A stretch of DNA of 39,115 bases, from positions 1 to 39,115 of the IMG/VR virus record IMGVR_UViG_3300020592_000107. The stretch is one strand, 5' to 3'. The notes under the pieces were generated by a model. That model was given only the letters and a program-made list of their open reading frames with translations, was not told the origin of the DNA and searched no databases. This DNA is from a virus. Its lineage: Duplodnaviria; Caudoviricetes. The position numbers and the translations under genes are program-made. The stretch's first letter is position 1, and each line of letters begins with the position of its first letter. This document shows positions 7,921-18,221 of the stretch, piece after piece.

Positions 7921-8703
7921 TTAGATGAACGTGTCCGGGATTTGCCCGGAGATGGTCACGCCCGCTGGCGCTCCGGCGAGCGACACCGTGCCGGACGTGG
8001 CTGCGGGGATGGTGAACAAGCGTGGCGCGGTCACCGCACCGGGCACGACCGCCCCGTCGATCGACAACGTTCCGTCCTCCATGTCGATCACGTGCGGATG
8101 CCCGGCCGTCAACGCCTGGCCGACGACGAACTGCTGCCCTGCCGGGCCGACGATCGTGTAGCCGCCAGGGCGCGACCCGGCAACGGTGAGCACAGGAGTC
8201 GCAGGGAAATTGCCCCGGTTCGTCAACTGAATGGACGACGCGGGCCCGTCGTTGCTGACCGGCCCGTACCGGCGCGGGTCCGGCAGGACGAACAAGAACC
8301 GGAACGACGCCCAATACAGGTCGCCCTCACGGTGACCCGAGTCGATGAAATCGACCTCAGCGAGGCGCGCCCACGCCCAACGGGTGACGTACCGGTCGCT
8401 GACCGTCAACTTCACCCGTGACCCATCCGCGCCGACCGCGTTAACCAGGTCCCCGAGCTGCTGCAGCCCGGCAGCCGTGAACGCCCGGGCTGTGCCGTCG
8501 ATCGCCGGGGTGGCCGCATCCCGCACCACCGGCACGTCGAACTGGCCGTGCCCGCCGGGAATGGGTACCGCGTCTCGACGGGTCGGCGTGCCGGAGTCCC
8601 ACCCCTTGAATCCGTCCTCGTTGATGAACAAGCCCTCGGTCTGGGGAATGTCGAACCCCCACATCACCACCGGGTTGACCCGCACCTGCAGCAGTTCGCT
8701 CAT
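7921..8703 (-). CDS. Distal tail (Dit-like) protein
   Basis: Directly follows the tape measure; GWD...PGGHG, PDPRRYG and NRGNFPATP motifs. Confidence 0.75.
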   Translation of the reverse strand: MSELLQVRVNPVVMWGFDIPQTEGLFINEDGFKGWDSGTPTRRDAVPIPGGHGQFDVPVVRDAATPAIDGTARAFTAAGLQQLGDLVNAVGADGSRVKLTVSDRYVTRWAWARLAEVDFIDSGHREGDLYWASFRFLFVLPDPRRYGPVSNDGPASSIQLTNRGNFPATPVLTVAGSRPGGYTIVGPAGQQFVVGQALTAGHPHVIDMEDGTLSIDGAVVPGAVTAPRLFTIPAATSGTVSLAGAPAGVTISGQIPDTFI

Positions 8704-10886
8704 CGGGGCGCCTGCCTCTCCAGCTGATCCAGCTGCTTCGTCGTCAGGTTCACCGCAACCTGCGGGTCCTCGGAGGCGAAGTTGTTCGTCTGGTTGATCG
8801 TCAGACCCGCGCCCGCACCGATGAGGTCGCCCGGGTTCACGCCCGGCGCTGCCAGGGTGGACGGCACGCGATCACCGAACGCCTCCCGGAACGACGACGC
8901 CGGCTGCGGAACTCCCGCCCCGGTGGAGAGCTTCGCGCCGGAGAAGTCCACGTGCGCCAGCGGGGCGATCCCCACACTCGTGATCCCGGTGACGAGGCCG
9001 ACCACCGAGTTGATCTGGTCGATCAGCGCATTCACCAGGTCGATGACCCCGTTCACGACGCCCTGCGCGATATCGATGATCGAGTTGATGTTCGAGATCG
9101 CGATGTTCGCCAAGCCCCGCCACGCCTTGTCCCAGTCACCGGTGAACACGCCCGTCAAGAAGTCGGTGACGCCGCTGAGCATGTCGAGCATGTCGTCGAT
9201 TGCGGGCAAGAAGTCGTTGAGGATCCCTGCCGCGGCGTCCAGGATCGGGCCGATCAGGCGCGTGAGCAGGTCGATCAGCGGCGGCAGGATGAACCCGATG
9301 AGTTCCAGCAGCGGCGTCAGCAGCTGCAATAGCGGGTCCAGCAGCTTCACCGCGATCGCGATCAGGGGCGTCAGGATCGGCAGGAGCTTCGCGGCGAGCA
9401 TCGACACCAGCGGGGCGACGGCGGCGAGGATCTTCAACACCACACCGGCCATCGCGGTGAACGCGGGCAGCAATGCGGTCAGCAGCGTCGGAATGATCGG
9501 CAGCAGCGCGTGCAGGAGCTGCAACGCCACACCGGCCAGCTGCGACACCAGCGGGATGATGATGGGCAGAGCGTCGGACAGCAGCTCGCCGAACAGCGCA
9601 AGGATCTGCCCCAGGTACGGGGCCACCGTCTCGATCGCTTGTGCGAGTACCCCGCCGAGTCCTTCTGCCAGGTTCGCCAGCAGATGCCCGATGATGGTCA
9701 TCGACGGTGCGAGCTGTTGGAGCACGCCACCGAGGGCGGTCATCACAGAGGTGAAGGCGTCGCCGAGCGCGGTGCGCAGCTCCGGGGAGATCGCCAGCAG
9801 TCCCGCGAACGCGCCGGCCAGAATCCCGACTGGCCCCGACAGTGCCGTGAACACGCCCCCGAGGGGTCCGAGCAGGGCACCCAGAACGGGGATTCTGGAG
9901 ATCAGTCCGCCCAGTCCGCCGATGCCCAGGGCGGCCAGGACGCCGGCGAGGGGACCGATGATGCCCTGGAAGTCGGACAGGAACCCGAGGACCTTCCCGC
10001 CGGAGGACTGGATCGCATCGAAGGCGGGCACCACGTAGCGGGCCAGGGCGTCGCCGACAAGCTTCGCCTTGTCCTCCACCGGCGCGAGCAGGTTCGTGAT
10101 CCCGGCGAAGGTGCGCTGGAACAGGGGGAACACCCCGCCCAGCAGGTTCGCACCGATCCGGGACAGGGACGCGAGCATGTTCTTGAACGCGCCCCGAGTG
10201 GTGTTCCCGGACTGCAGAGCCGCCCCGCCAAGGTTCTCCTGCATGGCGGCGGCGAAGTTCTCGAAGTCGACCTGCCCGCGGGAGACCATGTCCGAGGCGG
10301 CCTGCGCGGTGATGCCATAGTGCTTCGCGAGGAACTGCAGCACCGGCACACCGCGGGTCTGCAACTGCAGAAGATCGTCACCCTGCAGCTTCCCGCGGGC
10401 GGCAACCGAGTCGAAAATCTGGCCCGTGTCGACCATCGACGCGCCCGCGATCGTGGCCGTGTCCGCGATGGTCTTGAGAACACTCTCAAGCTGCTCGCCT
10501 GGCCGAATGCCCGCCGCCACGGCGCCAGCAGCGACGGTCGCCGCCTCGTCCAGCCCGAACGCGGTGCCCTTCACCGACGCGAGCGCGTTGGTCATGATCG
10601 CGTCGACGGTGGAGACGTCGTTGCCCAGTCCGAGGAGCTTCGCGCGGGCGTCCTCGATGTTCAGCAGCCGGGACAGGCCCCCACCGATGGACGTGGCAAA
10701 CGCTGCCCCGAGGGTCGTGGTGACGGTCGTGGCCAGGCCCTTGACCCCGCTGCCGATGCGCTGCCACAGTCCCGCGCCGCGCTTCTCGACCGCGTCGAAG
10801 CCGGCAGAGAACTCGCTTTCGACCTTGCCCTTGATCCCCTTGGTGGTGGGGACGATCTCGACCCAGAGTGCTGCCTCGTTCGCCAC
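8700..10886 (-). CDS. Tape measure protein
   Basis: VKGTAFGLDEAA and GKLQGDDLLQL tape-measure domain; Leu/Pro-rich amphipathic repeats; 728 aa. Confidence 0.93.
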   Translation of the reverse strand: MANEAALWVEIVPTTKGIKGKVESEFSAGFDAVEKRGAGLWQRIGSGVKGLATTVTTTLGAAFATSIGGGLSRLLNIEDARAKLLGLGNDVSTVDAIMTNALASVKGTAFGLDEAATVAAGAVAAGIRPGEQLESVLKTIADTATIAGASMVDTGQIFDSVAARGKLQGDDLLQLQTRGVPVLQFLAKHYGITAQAASDMVSRGQVDFENFAAAMQENLGGAALQSGNTTRGAFKNMLASLSRIGANLLGGVFPLFQRTFAGITNLLAPVEDKAKLVGDALARYVVPAFDAIQSSGGKVLGFLSDFQGIIGPLAGVLAALGIGGLGGLISRIPVLGALLGPLGGVFTALSGPVGILAGAFAGLLAISPELRTALGDAFTSVMTALGGVLQQLAPSMTIIGHLLANLAEGLGGVLAQAIETVAPYLGQILALFGELLSDALPIIIPLVSQLAGVALQLLHALLPIIPTLLTALLPAFTAMAGVVLKILAAVAPLVSMLAAKLLPILTPLIAIAVKLLDPLLQLLTPLLELIGFILPPLIDLLTRLIGPILDAAAGILNDFLPAIDDMLDMLSGVTDFLTGVFTGDWDKAWRGLANIAISNINSIIDIAQGVVNGVIDLVNALIDQINSVVGLVTGITSVGIAPLAHVDFSGAKLSTGAGVPQPASSFREAFGDRVPSTLAAPGVNPGDLIGAGAGLTINQTNNFASEDPQVAVNLTTKQLDQLERQAPR

Positions 10887-10930
10887 GGTCGTCCTCCCAG
10901 CGACGACACCCGCGGCAACTCAGGTGTGAT

Positions 10931-11655
10931 TCAGAACAGGGCGGCCAGCTTCTCCCGACGCATCCGGCGTCCCTCGTCAAGCTCAGGGGCGGTCTGCTTG
11001 TAGCTGGGCGGGTGACCCATCCAGGGCCGCCTGACCCGGATGCGACCCACTCCCTTCGCCCGGCGCAGGTTCACCTCCTGCTCGAAGATCGCCCACGCCG
11101 CCATCTCCGCAGCGGCAGGCACGTACACGTCCCCCCGGATCGCCGAGCAGGTGTGACTGGCCGGCTCGCGCAGGACCTCGTTGATGTACAGCCACGCTTC
11201 GTTCCAGCAGATGCGGCCGGAGAGGATGTCCTCCACCGTCACCTGAATGCGGCGCAGGTCGTATCGCAGCGGGCCCTCATGCCATCGCAGGAGGGCCAGC
11301 ATCATCACGCTTTTGGGTCGAAGCCCTCCGAGGACGCCACCCAGTGCGCGATGACCGCCTTCAGCTGCTCCTCGTCCAGACGCGCCAACTGGCGCGTCGC
11401 TTCCGGGTACAGGTCCGCGAGCGTGTTGATGAAGTAGGACCACGCCTGGGCGATCTTCGTGTCGGTCATGCCGCCGCCGCCCTTGATCAGGTCGTAGAAG
11501 ATCGAGAAGGCGGACATCAGACCGGTCGGCACCCCGGGACGGCCGAGAACGGGAAGTTCGAACAGGATCTTGCGGGTGCCGTCCGGACGGGTCTGCCCGA
11601 ACTGCACCATCTCCAGGGCGGTCTGCCCGCCGCTGATCTCCATCATCTCGGCCAT
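10931..11655 (-). CDS. Tail assembly chaperone gpGT-like fusion via -1 programmed frameshift
   Basis: C CCA AAA heptamer at 11317-11311; the -1 frame continues PKSVMMLALLRW...LRYDLRR to 10931. Confidence 0.8.
11305..11655 (-). CDS. Tail assembly chaperone (gpG-like)
   Basis: Between the major tail and tape measure genes; ends GAC CCA AAA GCG TGA with a slippery heptamer. Confidence 0.85.
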   Translation of the reverse strand: MAEMMEISGGQTALEMVQFGQTRPDGTRKILFELPVLGRPGVPTGLMSAFSIFYDLIKGGGGMTDTKIAQAWSYFINTLADLYPEATRQLARLDEEQLKAVIAHWVASSEGFDPKA

Positions 11656-11694
11656 GTCGGCAACCTTTCGTCATCGGCAACAGTGCGAGGTAGA

Positions 11695-11732
11695 CCGTGG
11701 GGGCAGGCGGTTGCCGTCGCCTGCCCCCACGG
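11695..11732 (-). terminator. Strong hairpin after the major tail gene
   Basis: CCGTGGGGGCAGGCG...CGCCTGCCCCCACGG, a 15-bp stem. Confidence 0.65.
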
Positions 11733-11738
11733 GGCTTG

Positions 11739-12593
11739 TTACTCCGCCGCGGCGCGCGCGTAGGAGAAGCCGTCCGTCACCCCACCAGGGGTGGTGACGT
11801 AGATGTTCGCCGTGCCCGCCGAGCCGGCCGGCATGATCGTGCGGATCTGCGTGTCGGAGTCCACCTGGAACCACGGCGCTGCTGTCGCACCGAACTTCAC
11901 CAGGCTCGCCCCGGAGAATCCGGTGCCGGTGATGGTCACCAGCCCACCGGGCTCCTGCTGCGCCTCAGGCAGCGCCGCGGCGATCGTCGGGGCCGCCGGC
12001 ACGGCGTCGACCCACAGAGTGGACCAGGCCCTGAACTGGTAGCCCAGGGTGGGGTCCTTGAACATGCGCAGGGTCATGCCGTAGCTGTTCACGTCACCGG
12101 GGCCGAAGGTGATGGCGTCCCGGTCGGACACCTTCACCCGGCCGGCGTGCACCACGATGATGTCCTCGCCGCTGCCGTAGTTGCCCACCAGGATCAGGGA
12201 CCGCCAGGTGCGCACCGACGCACGGGTGACCGTCATCTGCCCGGTCGCCGAGTCGATCGCGGCATCGAAGTAAGTCTCGGCCTGCTTGCGCCCCTGCTGG
12301 ATTCCGGTGAACTGCGCCGCCCAGGTGCCGTCCTCGTCCTGGTCGATCACGACGTCCTTGTTGTGCGCCTTGACCTGCGTGTTGTCGCCCGGCTCAGGGG
12401 TGAGAGTGAAGCCGGAGTCGCTGTAGTAGCCCAGGTCCGTGTAGGTTCCCGATGCGAGCACCGAGCTGGGGTCCCAGGAGGTTCCGGTGGGGGCCGGAGC
12501 GCCGTAGGCGCCCAGGAGGATACGCCCATCTTCGATGAGACGCACGAGGTCCGCGTCGTTCACGCGGCTGTTCTCGATGAGAGCAACCATCAC
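11739..12593 (-). CDS. Major tail protein with C-terminal IPT/TIG Ig-like domain
   Basis: DLGYYSDSGFT tail-tube motif; GGLVTITGTGF...VDSDTQI...VTTPGG IPT/TIG motif. Confidence 0.88.
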   Translation of the reverse strand: MMVALIENSRVNDADLVRLIEDGRILLGAYGAPAPTGTSWDPSSVLASGTYTDLGYYSDSGFTLTPEPGDNTQVKAHNKDVVIDQDEDGTWAAQFTGIQQGRKQAETYFDAAIDSATGQMTVTRASVRTWRSLILVGNYGSGEDIIVVHAGRVKVSDRDAITFGPGDVNSYGMTLRMFKDPTLGYQFRAWSTLWVDAVPAAPTIAAALPEAQQEPGGLVTITGTGFSGASLVKFGATAAPWFQVDSDTQIRTIMPAGSAGTANIYVTTPGGVTDGFSYARAAAE

Positions 12594-12649
12594 AGTCGCC
12601 TTTCGGTCAGTTGGGTGGGGGGTGACCCGCTGGCAACTGGCGGGAAGAT

Positions 12650-13024
12650 TCAGGCAGCGCGGCCGATGATCGTGGCCGTGGCCGAGTAGAAGTAGACGCC
12701 GGCCTCGTCGCGGTTCTCGTTCGGACCGGCGACATCCGTCAGGCGCACGAAGACACCGTCAGGGCGTCCAGACGTGATCGCGTGAATCGCGTCCTGGCAC
12801 AGTGCGAGCGCGGTGCTCTTGCCAGGCGCCCACGTCTCCACCGTGATCAGCACGTTGCGAGAGATCGGTGTCAGAAGCTGCGCGGGCACCGCCGAGACAA
12901 CAACCTGCGCCGGCAGCTTCTCGTTGCGTTCAGCCGACACCGAGGTTCCGGGTGCGAGCTCAACCAGACACCGGCCGATCGCCCACAAGCGGAAGTCCGG
13001 CCAACGGGAAGCGAACTCGACCAT
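12650..13024 (-). CDS. Tail terminator protein
   Basis: Start MVEFASRW overlaps the upstream stop; position directly before the major tail gene. Confidence 0.65.
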   Translation of the reverse strand: MVEFASRWPDFRLWAIGRCLVELAPGTSVSAERNEKLPAQVVVSAVPAQLLTPISRNVLITVETWAPGKSTALALCQDAIHAITSGRPDGVFVRLTDVAGPNENRDEAGVYFYSATATIIGRAA

Positions 13025-13293
13025 CAGCCCTCCAGGTGAACGCGGGCCAACGCGGCGCGCAACGCGGCCCGGCGGTCGCGGACGCTGCCCCGATCGGACT
13101 GGTCCACGATCCACACCGACAGGCGGCCTGCGTCCGCGTAGCCCCGGTGCACGAACACGTCCTGCCCCGGCGCGGCCGCGGCCTCAGCCGCTTCGAACAG
13201 GGCCTTCTCGACCCCGGTCCCTTCGGAGTCCAGCAGCAGCTGCTCGCGGATCGCCTTCCGGTTGCGGGAGTCGATCGGGAACCGCACAGGCAT
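13024..13293 (-). CDS. Neck/connector protein (HK97 gp10-like position)
   Basis: Size and synteny; translationally coupled on both sides. Confidence 0.6.
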   Translation of the reverse strand: MPVRFPIDSRNRKAIREQLLLDSEGTGVEKALFEAAEAAAAPGQDVFVHRGYADAGRLSVWIVDQSDRGSVRDRRAALRAALARVHLEG

Positions 13294-13610
13294 CAGGACA
13301 CCGCCTTCAGGTGAAGCTCGGTCCCCACGTGCCCGTCATCGTCGGCCCACTCGGCGACATCCCCGTCGATCAGGTACGTCACCCCATCGATCACCGCTCG
13401 GTCGGTCGCAAGAATCCCGGACGGTTCCGTGCCGCGAATGTAGGCGGTGCGCTTGCGCACCACCGTGTTCCTTCCCGGCTCCAGAGTCTCCGGCACGTCC
13501 GTCCAGCCGATCAGCCCATCGAAGTCGGCGAAATGCTGCCAGGACCCTGGTTGCGGGTCCCCGTAGACGTCCACGACAGTGACCGGCCGTTGAATGCTGA
13601 TCAGCGGCAT
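13293..13610 (-). CDS. Head-to-tail stopper
   Basis: DVYGDP, TDRAVIDGVTYLIDGD and LHLKAV motifs typical of actinophage stoppers. Confidence 0.75.
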   Translation of the reverse strand: MPLISIQRPVTVVDVYGDPQPGSWQHFADFDGLIGWTDVPETLEPGRNTVVRKRTAYIRGTEPSGILATDRAVIDGVTYLIDGDVAEWADDDGHVGTELHLKAVS

Positions 13611-14197
13611 GGTCGGGCCACCATCGTTCCGCCCAGCTTCTTGTTGAACGTGTCCGCGAGGGCGATGTCGTCCGGGGAGAGCATCGTCTGCCCGCCGACA
13701 GCCCACGCTGCGTACGACTCCTGTGTGGTGAACGGGCCGTCCACGCGCATGCGCGCAGTCGCTCCAGCAGCGGCGCTCTCGTCGATGGACAGGACCCGTT
13801 TGGCGATCTCCGCAATGCACAGTCGCACCACGTCAGGCACCACACCGCCGTGGGTGTAGCTCACTCGCACGAACTGGTGAGCGCCCAGCGGCACCGTCAA
13901 CACCTGCCCGAACAGGGTGTACGGCACCGCAGTCCCGTCGTCACACGTCACCGAGGTGACCGTAACGACGGGACGCTGCGGCAGGCGCACCTCACCACCG
14001 TTCGACTTCAGCCGTACGGTCGACTGCCCAGGGGTGAACTGCTGCCCGGAGCGGCGGCGGAACAGCTCCGACGCCTTCTCCAGGATCGGCACGACCCGCT
14101 GCTGCTCCTCGGAGGTCAGGTCACGGCCGAGCACCGCCTTCACGTCGTCCGGCTCCGCCAGCGGCGGAAGCTCAGTCGTGTACCACGGCTCAGCCAT
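13601..14197 (-). CDS. Head-to-tail adaptor
   Basis: LAEPDDVKAVLGRDLT, YTHGG.VPDVV and DGPFT motifs; follows the capsid gene. Confidence 0.8.
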   Translation of the reverse strand: MAEPWYTTELPPLAEPDDVKAVLGRDLTSEEQQRVVPILEKASELFRRRSGQQFTPGQSTVRLKSNGGEVRLPQRPVVTVTSVTCDDGTAVPYTLFGQVLTVPLGAHQFVRVSYTHGGVVPDVVRLCIAEIAKRVLSIDESAAAGATARMRVDGPFTTQESYAAWAVGGQTMLSPDDIALADTFNKKLGGTMVARPCR

Positions 14198-14215
14198 GAC
14201 CTGACCTCCTCAGAC

Positions 14216-15436
14216 TCAGGACGCGACGATCGTGCCGCCGCCGGTGATGTTCGCGTCCTCAGCGGAGAACGCGACCTCACCCGTGAACGTCACCGTCTTC
14301 GCAGTCGTCCCGGTCACCTTCACACCAGCGACACCATCCAGCCCGTTCAGCGCCGCAGCGATAACCGTGTTGCTGGCGTCGTAGGCGATGGCGTCCGTGG
14401 TCTCACCATCGACCGTCAGAGTGAACGTGCCACCCGAGACGGTGCCGCTGTAGGTCAGCGTCCACGCCGCCTTCTTCGAAGACGACCCGTAGTTGACCTT
14501 CACGGCACGGAAGAAGTCCATCTGAACCTCACCATCGACGACGATGACCTTGCCGTCATCCCCGACTTCCGGGTCGAGGACGGGTGCGGCACCGACGAAC
14601 GACTCAACGATGGAGCGGTCCTTCGCGTTCACCGAGTCGTAGTCGAAAATCTGTGTGATCGCGACACCACCCTCGGAGACCGACGCGCCCGCGACAGCGC
14701 CGCGAGGCACCACAGGGGCGACGTTCGCGATCGCGATAGCGGACTCGTGGACGAAGTACGACTCCTCCGGGTCCAGCGCCGACAGCTCCACCACGACGAA
14801 CCCGCCGAGCTTCCCGACAACCCCGTCACGCAGAGCCTCCGGGAGACCGGAAGTGTCCACAGCGAGGAGCCGCGGGTGGCCGGCGATGTTCTCCGACACA
14901 GTGGAGCCGACGAGCCAGTAGCGGCCCGACGTGGGAACGTTCGCGTCCTGGAAGTGCTTCCGGGCGCGAAGCGCGACCGTGGCCGGGTCGTGGTTGTAAG
15001 CCGTCGCGGGGCTGGTCGGGGTGAAGTTCACCTCGAACACGAAATCCGCCGCGCCGAGCGTGTCCACGATCACGTCCTCGTAGAACTCGCTGATCGCACG
15101 CACCTGCGGCGCCTGCACGTCACGGACGAAATCGACCTCATCGAGGGTCGCTTCCTCCGGGGACAGGTGCACCGCACTGTACGGGAACTTCGACAGCGGA
15201 ACCTTGATGCTCGACTGCACCAGGTCGTCAACGACGATCGCGTTCGACGTGCGCCATCCCTTGTCCCGGGCGCGGAGCAGCGGGGGCCGCTTCACGTTCA
15301 CGACATCCCCGGCAGCACCCTTGAAGTCGGTGATGCCGTACTTGTGGATGAACAGGCCGGGAGCCTTCACCTCACGGCGAAGCAGCTCCATAGCCGTCGC
15401 GGCGAGCTTCGTCGCCTTCTCGAAAATGTTTGCCAC
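14216..15436 (-). CDS. Major capsid protein with C-terminal Ig-like extension
   Basis: DFKGAAGDVVNVKRP and ANVPTSGR motifs; C-terminal GGTFTLTVDGETT...IAAALNGL domain. Confidence 0.88.
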   Translation of the reverse strand: MANIFEKATKLAATAMELLRREVKAPGLFIHKYGITDFKGAAGDVVNVKRPPLLRARDKGWRTSNAIVVDDLVQSSIKVPLSKFPYSAVHLSPEEATLDEVDFVRDVQAPQVRAISEFYEDVIVDTLGAADFVFEVNFTPTSPATAYNHDPATVALRARKHFQDANVPTSGRYWLVGSTVSENIAGHPRLLAVDTSGLPEALRDGVVGKLGGFVVVELSALDPEESYFVHESAIAIANVAPVVPRGAVAGASVSEGGVAITQIFDYDSVNAKDRSIVESFVGAAPVLDPEVGDDGKVIVVDGEVQMDFFRAVKVNYGSSSKKAAWTLTYSGTVSGGTFTLTVDGETTDAIAYDASNTVIAAALNGLDGVAGVKVTGTTAKTVTFTGEVAFSAEDANITGGGTIVAS

Positions 15437-15501
15437 GATGACCTCCTCATGGTCAGTGGATCTGTGGCCGCTCGGTCTCGTGGCTGGAGTCCTCGCGGGT
15501 T

Positions 15502-15981
15502 TCAGCGCCTGGTCGCCGCGGCAACGATGTCCTTCGCGGACATGTCACCGTCGCCGATCTGCCCCCCTTCGCCCTGACCGTCAGCAGACGGCGCGACAGG
15601 GACCTCGGGGAGCAGAGCGAGGATCTCGTCGGCGTGCGCCTCGAGCTCCTCACGAGTGGTGCCGCGGAGAGCGGTAGCCGGAATGTCCCGGCCCTTGAAC
15701 TTCTCCTTCGCGACGTCGGAGCGGAGTTTCTCCGCCTCGGCTTTCGCGTCAATGTCGGCAAGCTTCTTCTCGGCAGCTTCCGCGCGAGCCTGGAGCTTCT
15801 CCAGCTCAGTGCGGTTCGCCTCCTCCAGCTCGTCGAACTTCTGTGCCTTTTCGGCGTTGGATGCGGCGCGTTCCTCGTTCTTACGCGACAGGGCCTTCCA
15901 CTTCTCCGCCTCAGCGAGAGCAGCTTCAAGCTGTGCGGCGAGATCCGTTTCGGTCGTCTCGCCTTCGGGCGTTTCAGGCAT
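15502..15981 (-). CDS. Capsid scaffolding protein
   Basis: KWKALSRKNEERA, RTELEK and LRGTTREELEAHAD motifs; coiled coil; directly upstream of the capsid gene. Confidence 0.85.
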   Translation of the reverse strand: MPETPEGETTETDLAAQLEAALAEAEKWKALSRKNEERAASNAEKAQKFDELEEANRTELEKLQARAEAAEKKLADIDAKAEAEKLRSDVAKEKFKGRDIPATALRGTTREELEAHADEILALLPEVPVAPSADGQGEGGQIGDGDMSAKDIVAAATRR

Positions 15982-16052
15982 TGTTTCCCCGTTTCGGAGT
16001 GAATGGTCGGCACCCCGTTTCGGGACACCGCAACCCGCATGCGCGGGAAGAC

Positions 16053-16889
16053 TTAGAGGCCGAGGTCGGCGGCGGACGTGAACTGGTCGGTGCGCCACGT
16101 CAAGGTGGGGCCGAGCTCGCCGTGCTCTCGGGTGACGATCAGGTCGGTGAAGTCGGACAGTGGCTGACCCTTGGAAGACGTTTTGCCCAGCCCGAGGTCG
16201 CGAGCCTGATAGTCGGTTCCGCCGAGCTTCTGGTCGATCACCGCGTGGGTCTGATCAAGCAGGGCCTGGTCGATGACCTGATCGTTGCGGGGCTGCGTGA
16301 ACGGCTCCACACCGCAGTCGCATCCCGGATGGATCGGCATCAAGTCGCCTCGGTGGTACCGCTGGGTGGATGCGATCACGCAGAGGGCGCAGTCCTCCTT
16401 GCCGGTGAGCACTCGCCGGAACCCGCTATAGCCGGAACGGCTGAGCGCCGCGCGGGCCTGCCTGGTTCGTGACTGCTGTAGATCCGAGCTGAGGATTGAG
16501 CCGAGGCGGGCGAGACCCGCCTTCTTCGCCACCTCGAACGGCTGACCCGCGGCGAGCTTCGTGTACACGGTCGTCACGGGACGCCGATAAACCTCCGCTG
16601 CAGGCACGCCCCGGTAGCCGAGGATCGCGTCCCGATCAACGCGCGCGGACGCTATCTGGACACCCTCCGCTGCGGCGAGACCGGCGATGTACGCGTTCGT
16701 CAGGTTCGCCAATTGGATCTGACCGGCCTGCACTGCCGGGATGAGGCGGGCGACCAGGCGGGCGACATCAGCGTCCCGCAGCGACGGGGCCTCCGCCCAC
16801 AGGGCGAAAGCGAGTTCGGTCACCCGGTCACGGACCGCGGTGGACGCTGACGCGTATGCCGCCGTGATCTGTTCAGGCCGCGACGCCAC
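16053..16889 (-). CDS. MuF-like minor head / capsid maturation protein
   Basis: RRVLTG..CALC.IAS...IHPGCDC motif; located between portal and scaffold. Confidence 0.75.
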   Translation of the reverse strand: MASRPEQITAAYASASTAVRDRVTELAFALWAEAPSLRDADVARLVARLIPAVQAGQIQLANLTNAYIAGLAAAEGVQIASARVDRDAILGYRGVPAAEVYRRPVTTVYTKLAAGQPFEVAKKAGLARLGSILSSDLQQSRTRQARAALSRSGYSGFRRVLTGKEDCALCVIASTQRYHRGDLMPIHPGCDCGVEPFTQPRNDQVIDQALLDQTHAVIDQKLGGTDYQARDLGLGKTSSKGQPLSDFTDLIVTREHGELGPTLTWRTDQFTSAADLGL

Positions 16890-18207
16890 CGGCAGCCCCG
16901 ATGAACGTCACCGCTTGAAGCTGCTCCGCGCCGCGGTCGGCCGCCTCCTGATCGATCTCATCCGGGGACATGCCCCAAATGTGTTCGTCGATCCAGCGCT
17001 GCGACTTCCCGCCGTTCTTCGCCGCCTGCGCCGCTGCCGCTTTCTCCGACAGCGACACATGCTCGGGAGGCTCGAACGTGACCTGAATCGTCTCCGTGTC
17101 ATCGAGGCCGAGAATCCGGGCCGCCGTGAGCAGTGCCGCCTCGGCCGCCATGCGTGCACGGACGATCCGGTCCTTCGCCTTCTGGATCTCGCCCTTGTGC
17201 GCGTTCGCCGCACCTGTCGCGGACTGGTTCTCACCGGACGGAACGAACACATCCAGGGGCACCTGCATCACGGCGGCGAGGTCACGGAGATCCGCCTTCT
17301 CACCGTTCAGCAGGGACGTGATATCGACCGCTTGGGACTCCCACACATCCACCGCTTCGGGAAGGTCGATGATCGCGCCGGGAGCGAAGTTCAGGCGGGC
17401 ACCCCAGTCGATGTCGTTGCCGTCTTCGTCCTTCTCGGGAAGGTTCTTGAGCGCGCGCGCCTTGAACGCCTGATACGCGGTCACCACGAGCCGTTGCAGC
17501 TTCCCCAGGTTCACGGCATCGATCGCGTCGATGTGCGCCTCGAACTCGGCGCGCCCGTCGAAGTTCTCCATCCCGTACACGGGGATCGGGCCCTTGAACG
17601 GCTCCGGGTCACCATCCAGCACCCAGTCGCCGGCGACCTTCCCCCGGATCGTCCCACTGTCGGTCTTGATGTTGCGGCTGAACCGCTGCCGGACACCGTT
17701 CGCCCACACGAACGCGAAATCCCGCTGCGCGTCCTCGTCACGCCACGCCATCAACGCGGCACGGGAACGCCACGGCTGCGCCGGGTCCGGTGCCGTGATC
17801 ACCTTCTCGGGCGGCTCCGACGTGATGACCGGCTCCCCATCCCGCGTCCCCACCACGAGATACCCCCACGAGGTGGTGAGCATGTTCCAGATCGCGTCAG
17901 CGAACACGAGCGCAAGACGATTGTTCCGCCACACCAGCCGCAGCCCGTCCACCACGGGACCGTCCGAGCTCGACCCGACACGGACACCGTTCGGGACGAT
18001 CCGGCCCGCGAGAGACGAACACGCCAGACCTGCGACGTTCTTGCGGGCCTTCTTCTGGAACGCCTCCCACGACTTCCGCGTGTTCTGCCCCATCTCCGGC
18101 AAGTCCGCGTCACCGCGCGCGTAACGCCGGTTCTTCAACACGCGGGGCATACGGTCGTCGAGACGCTTGGCGAGAATGGGGAGCCATTCCTCCGGCGTGG
18201 TTGCCAT
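16873..18207 (-). CDS. Portal protein (SPP1 gp6-like)
   Basis: Follows the terminase; RYARGD, EFEAHIDAIDAVN and QAFKAR motifs. The start could be 18222. Confidence 0.88.
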   Translation of the reverse strand: MATTPEEWLPILAKRLDDRMPRVLKNRRYARGDADLPEMGQNTRKSWEAFQKKARKNVAGLACSSLAGRIVPNGVRVGSSSDGPVVDGLRLVWRNNRLALVFADAIWNMLTTSWGYLVVGTRDGEPVITSEPPEKVITAPDPAQPWRSRAALMAWRDEDAQRDFAFVWANGVRQRFSRNIKTDSGTIRGKVAGDWVLDGDPEPFKGPIPVYGMENFDGRAEFEAHIDAIDAVNLGKLQRLVVTAYQAFKARALKNLPEKDEDGNDIDWGARLNFAPGAIIDLPEAVDVWESQAVDITSLLNGEKADLRDLAAVMQVPLDVFVPSGENQSATGAANAHKGEIQKAKDRIVRARMAAEAALLTAARILGLDDTETIQVTFEPPEHVSLSEKAAAAQAAKNGGKSQRWIDEHIWGMSPDEIDQEAADRGAEQLQAVTFIGAAGGVAA

Positions 18208-18221
18208 ACGGCCCCCTTCCA

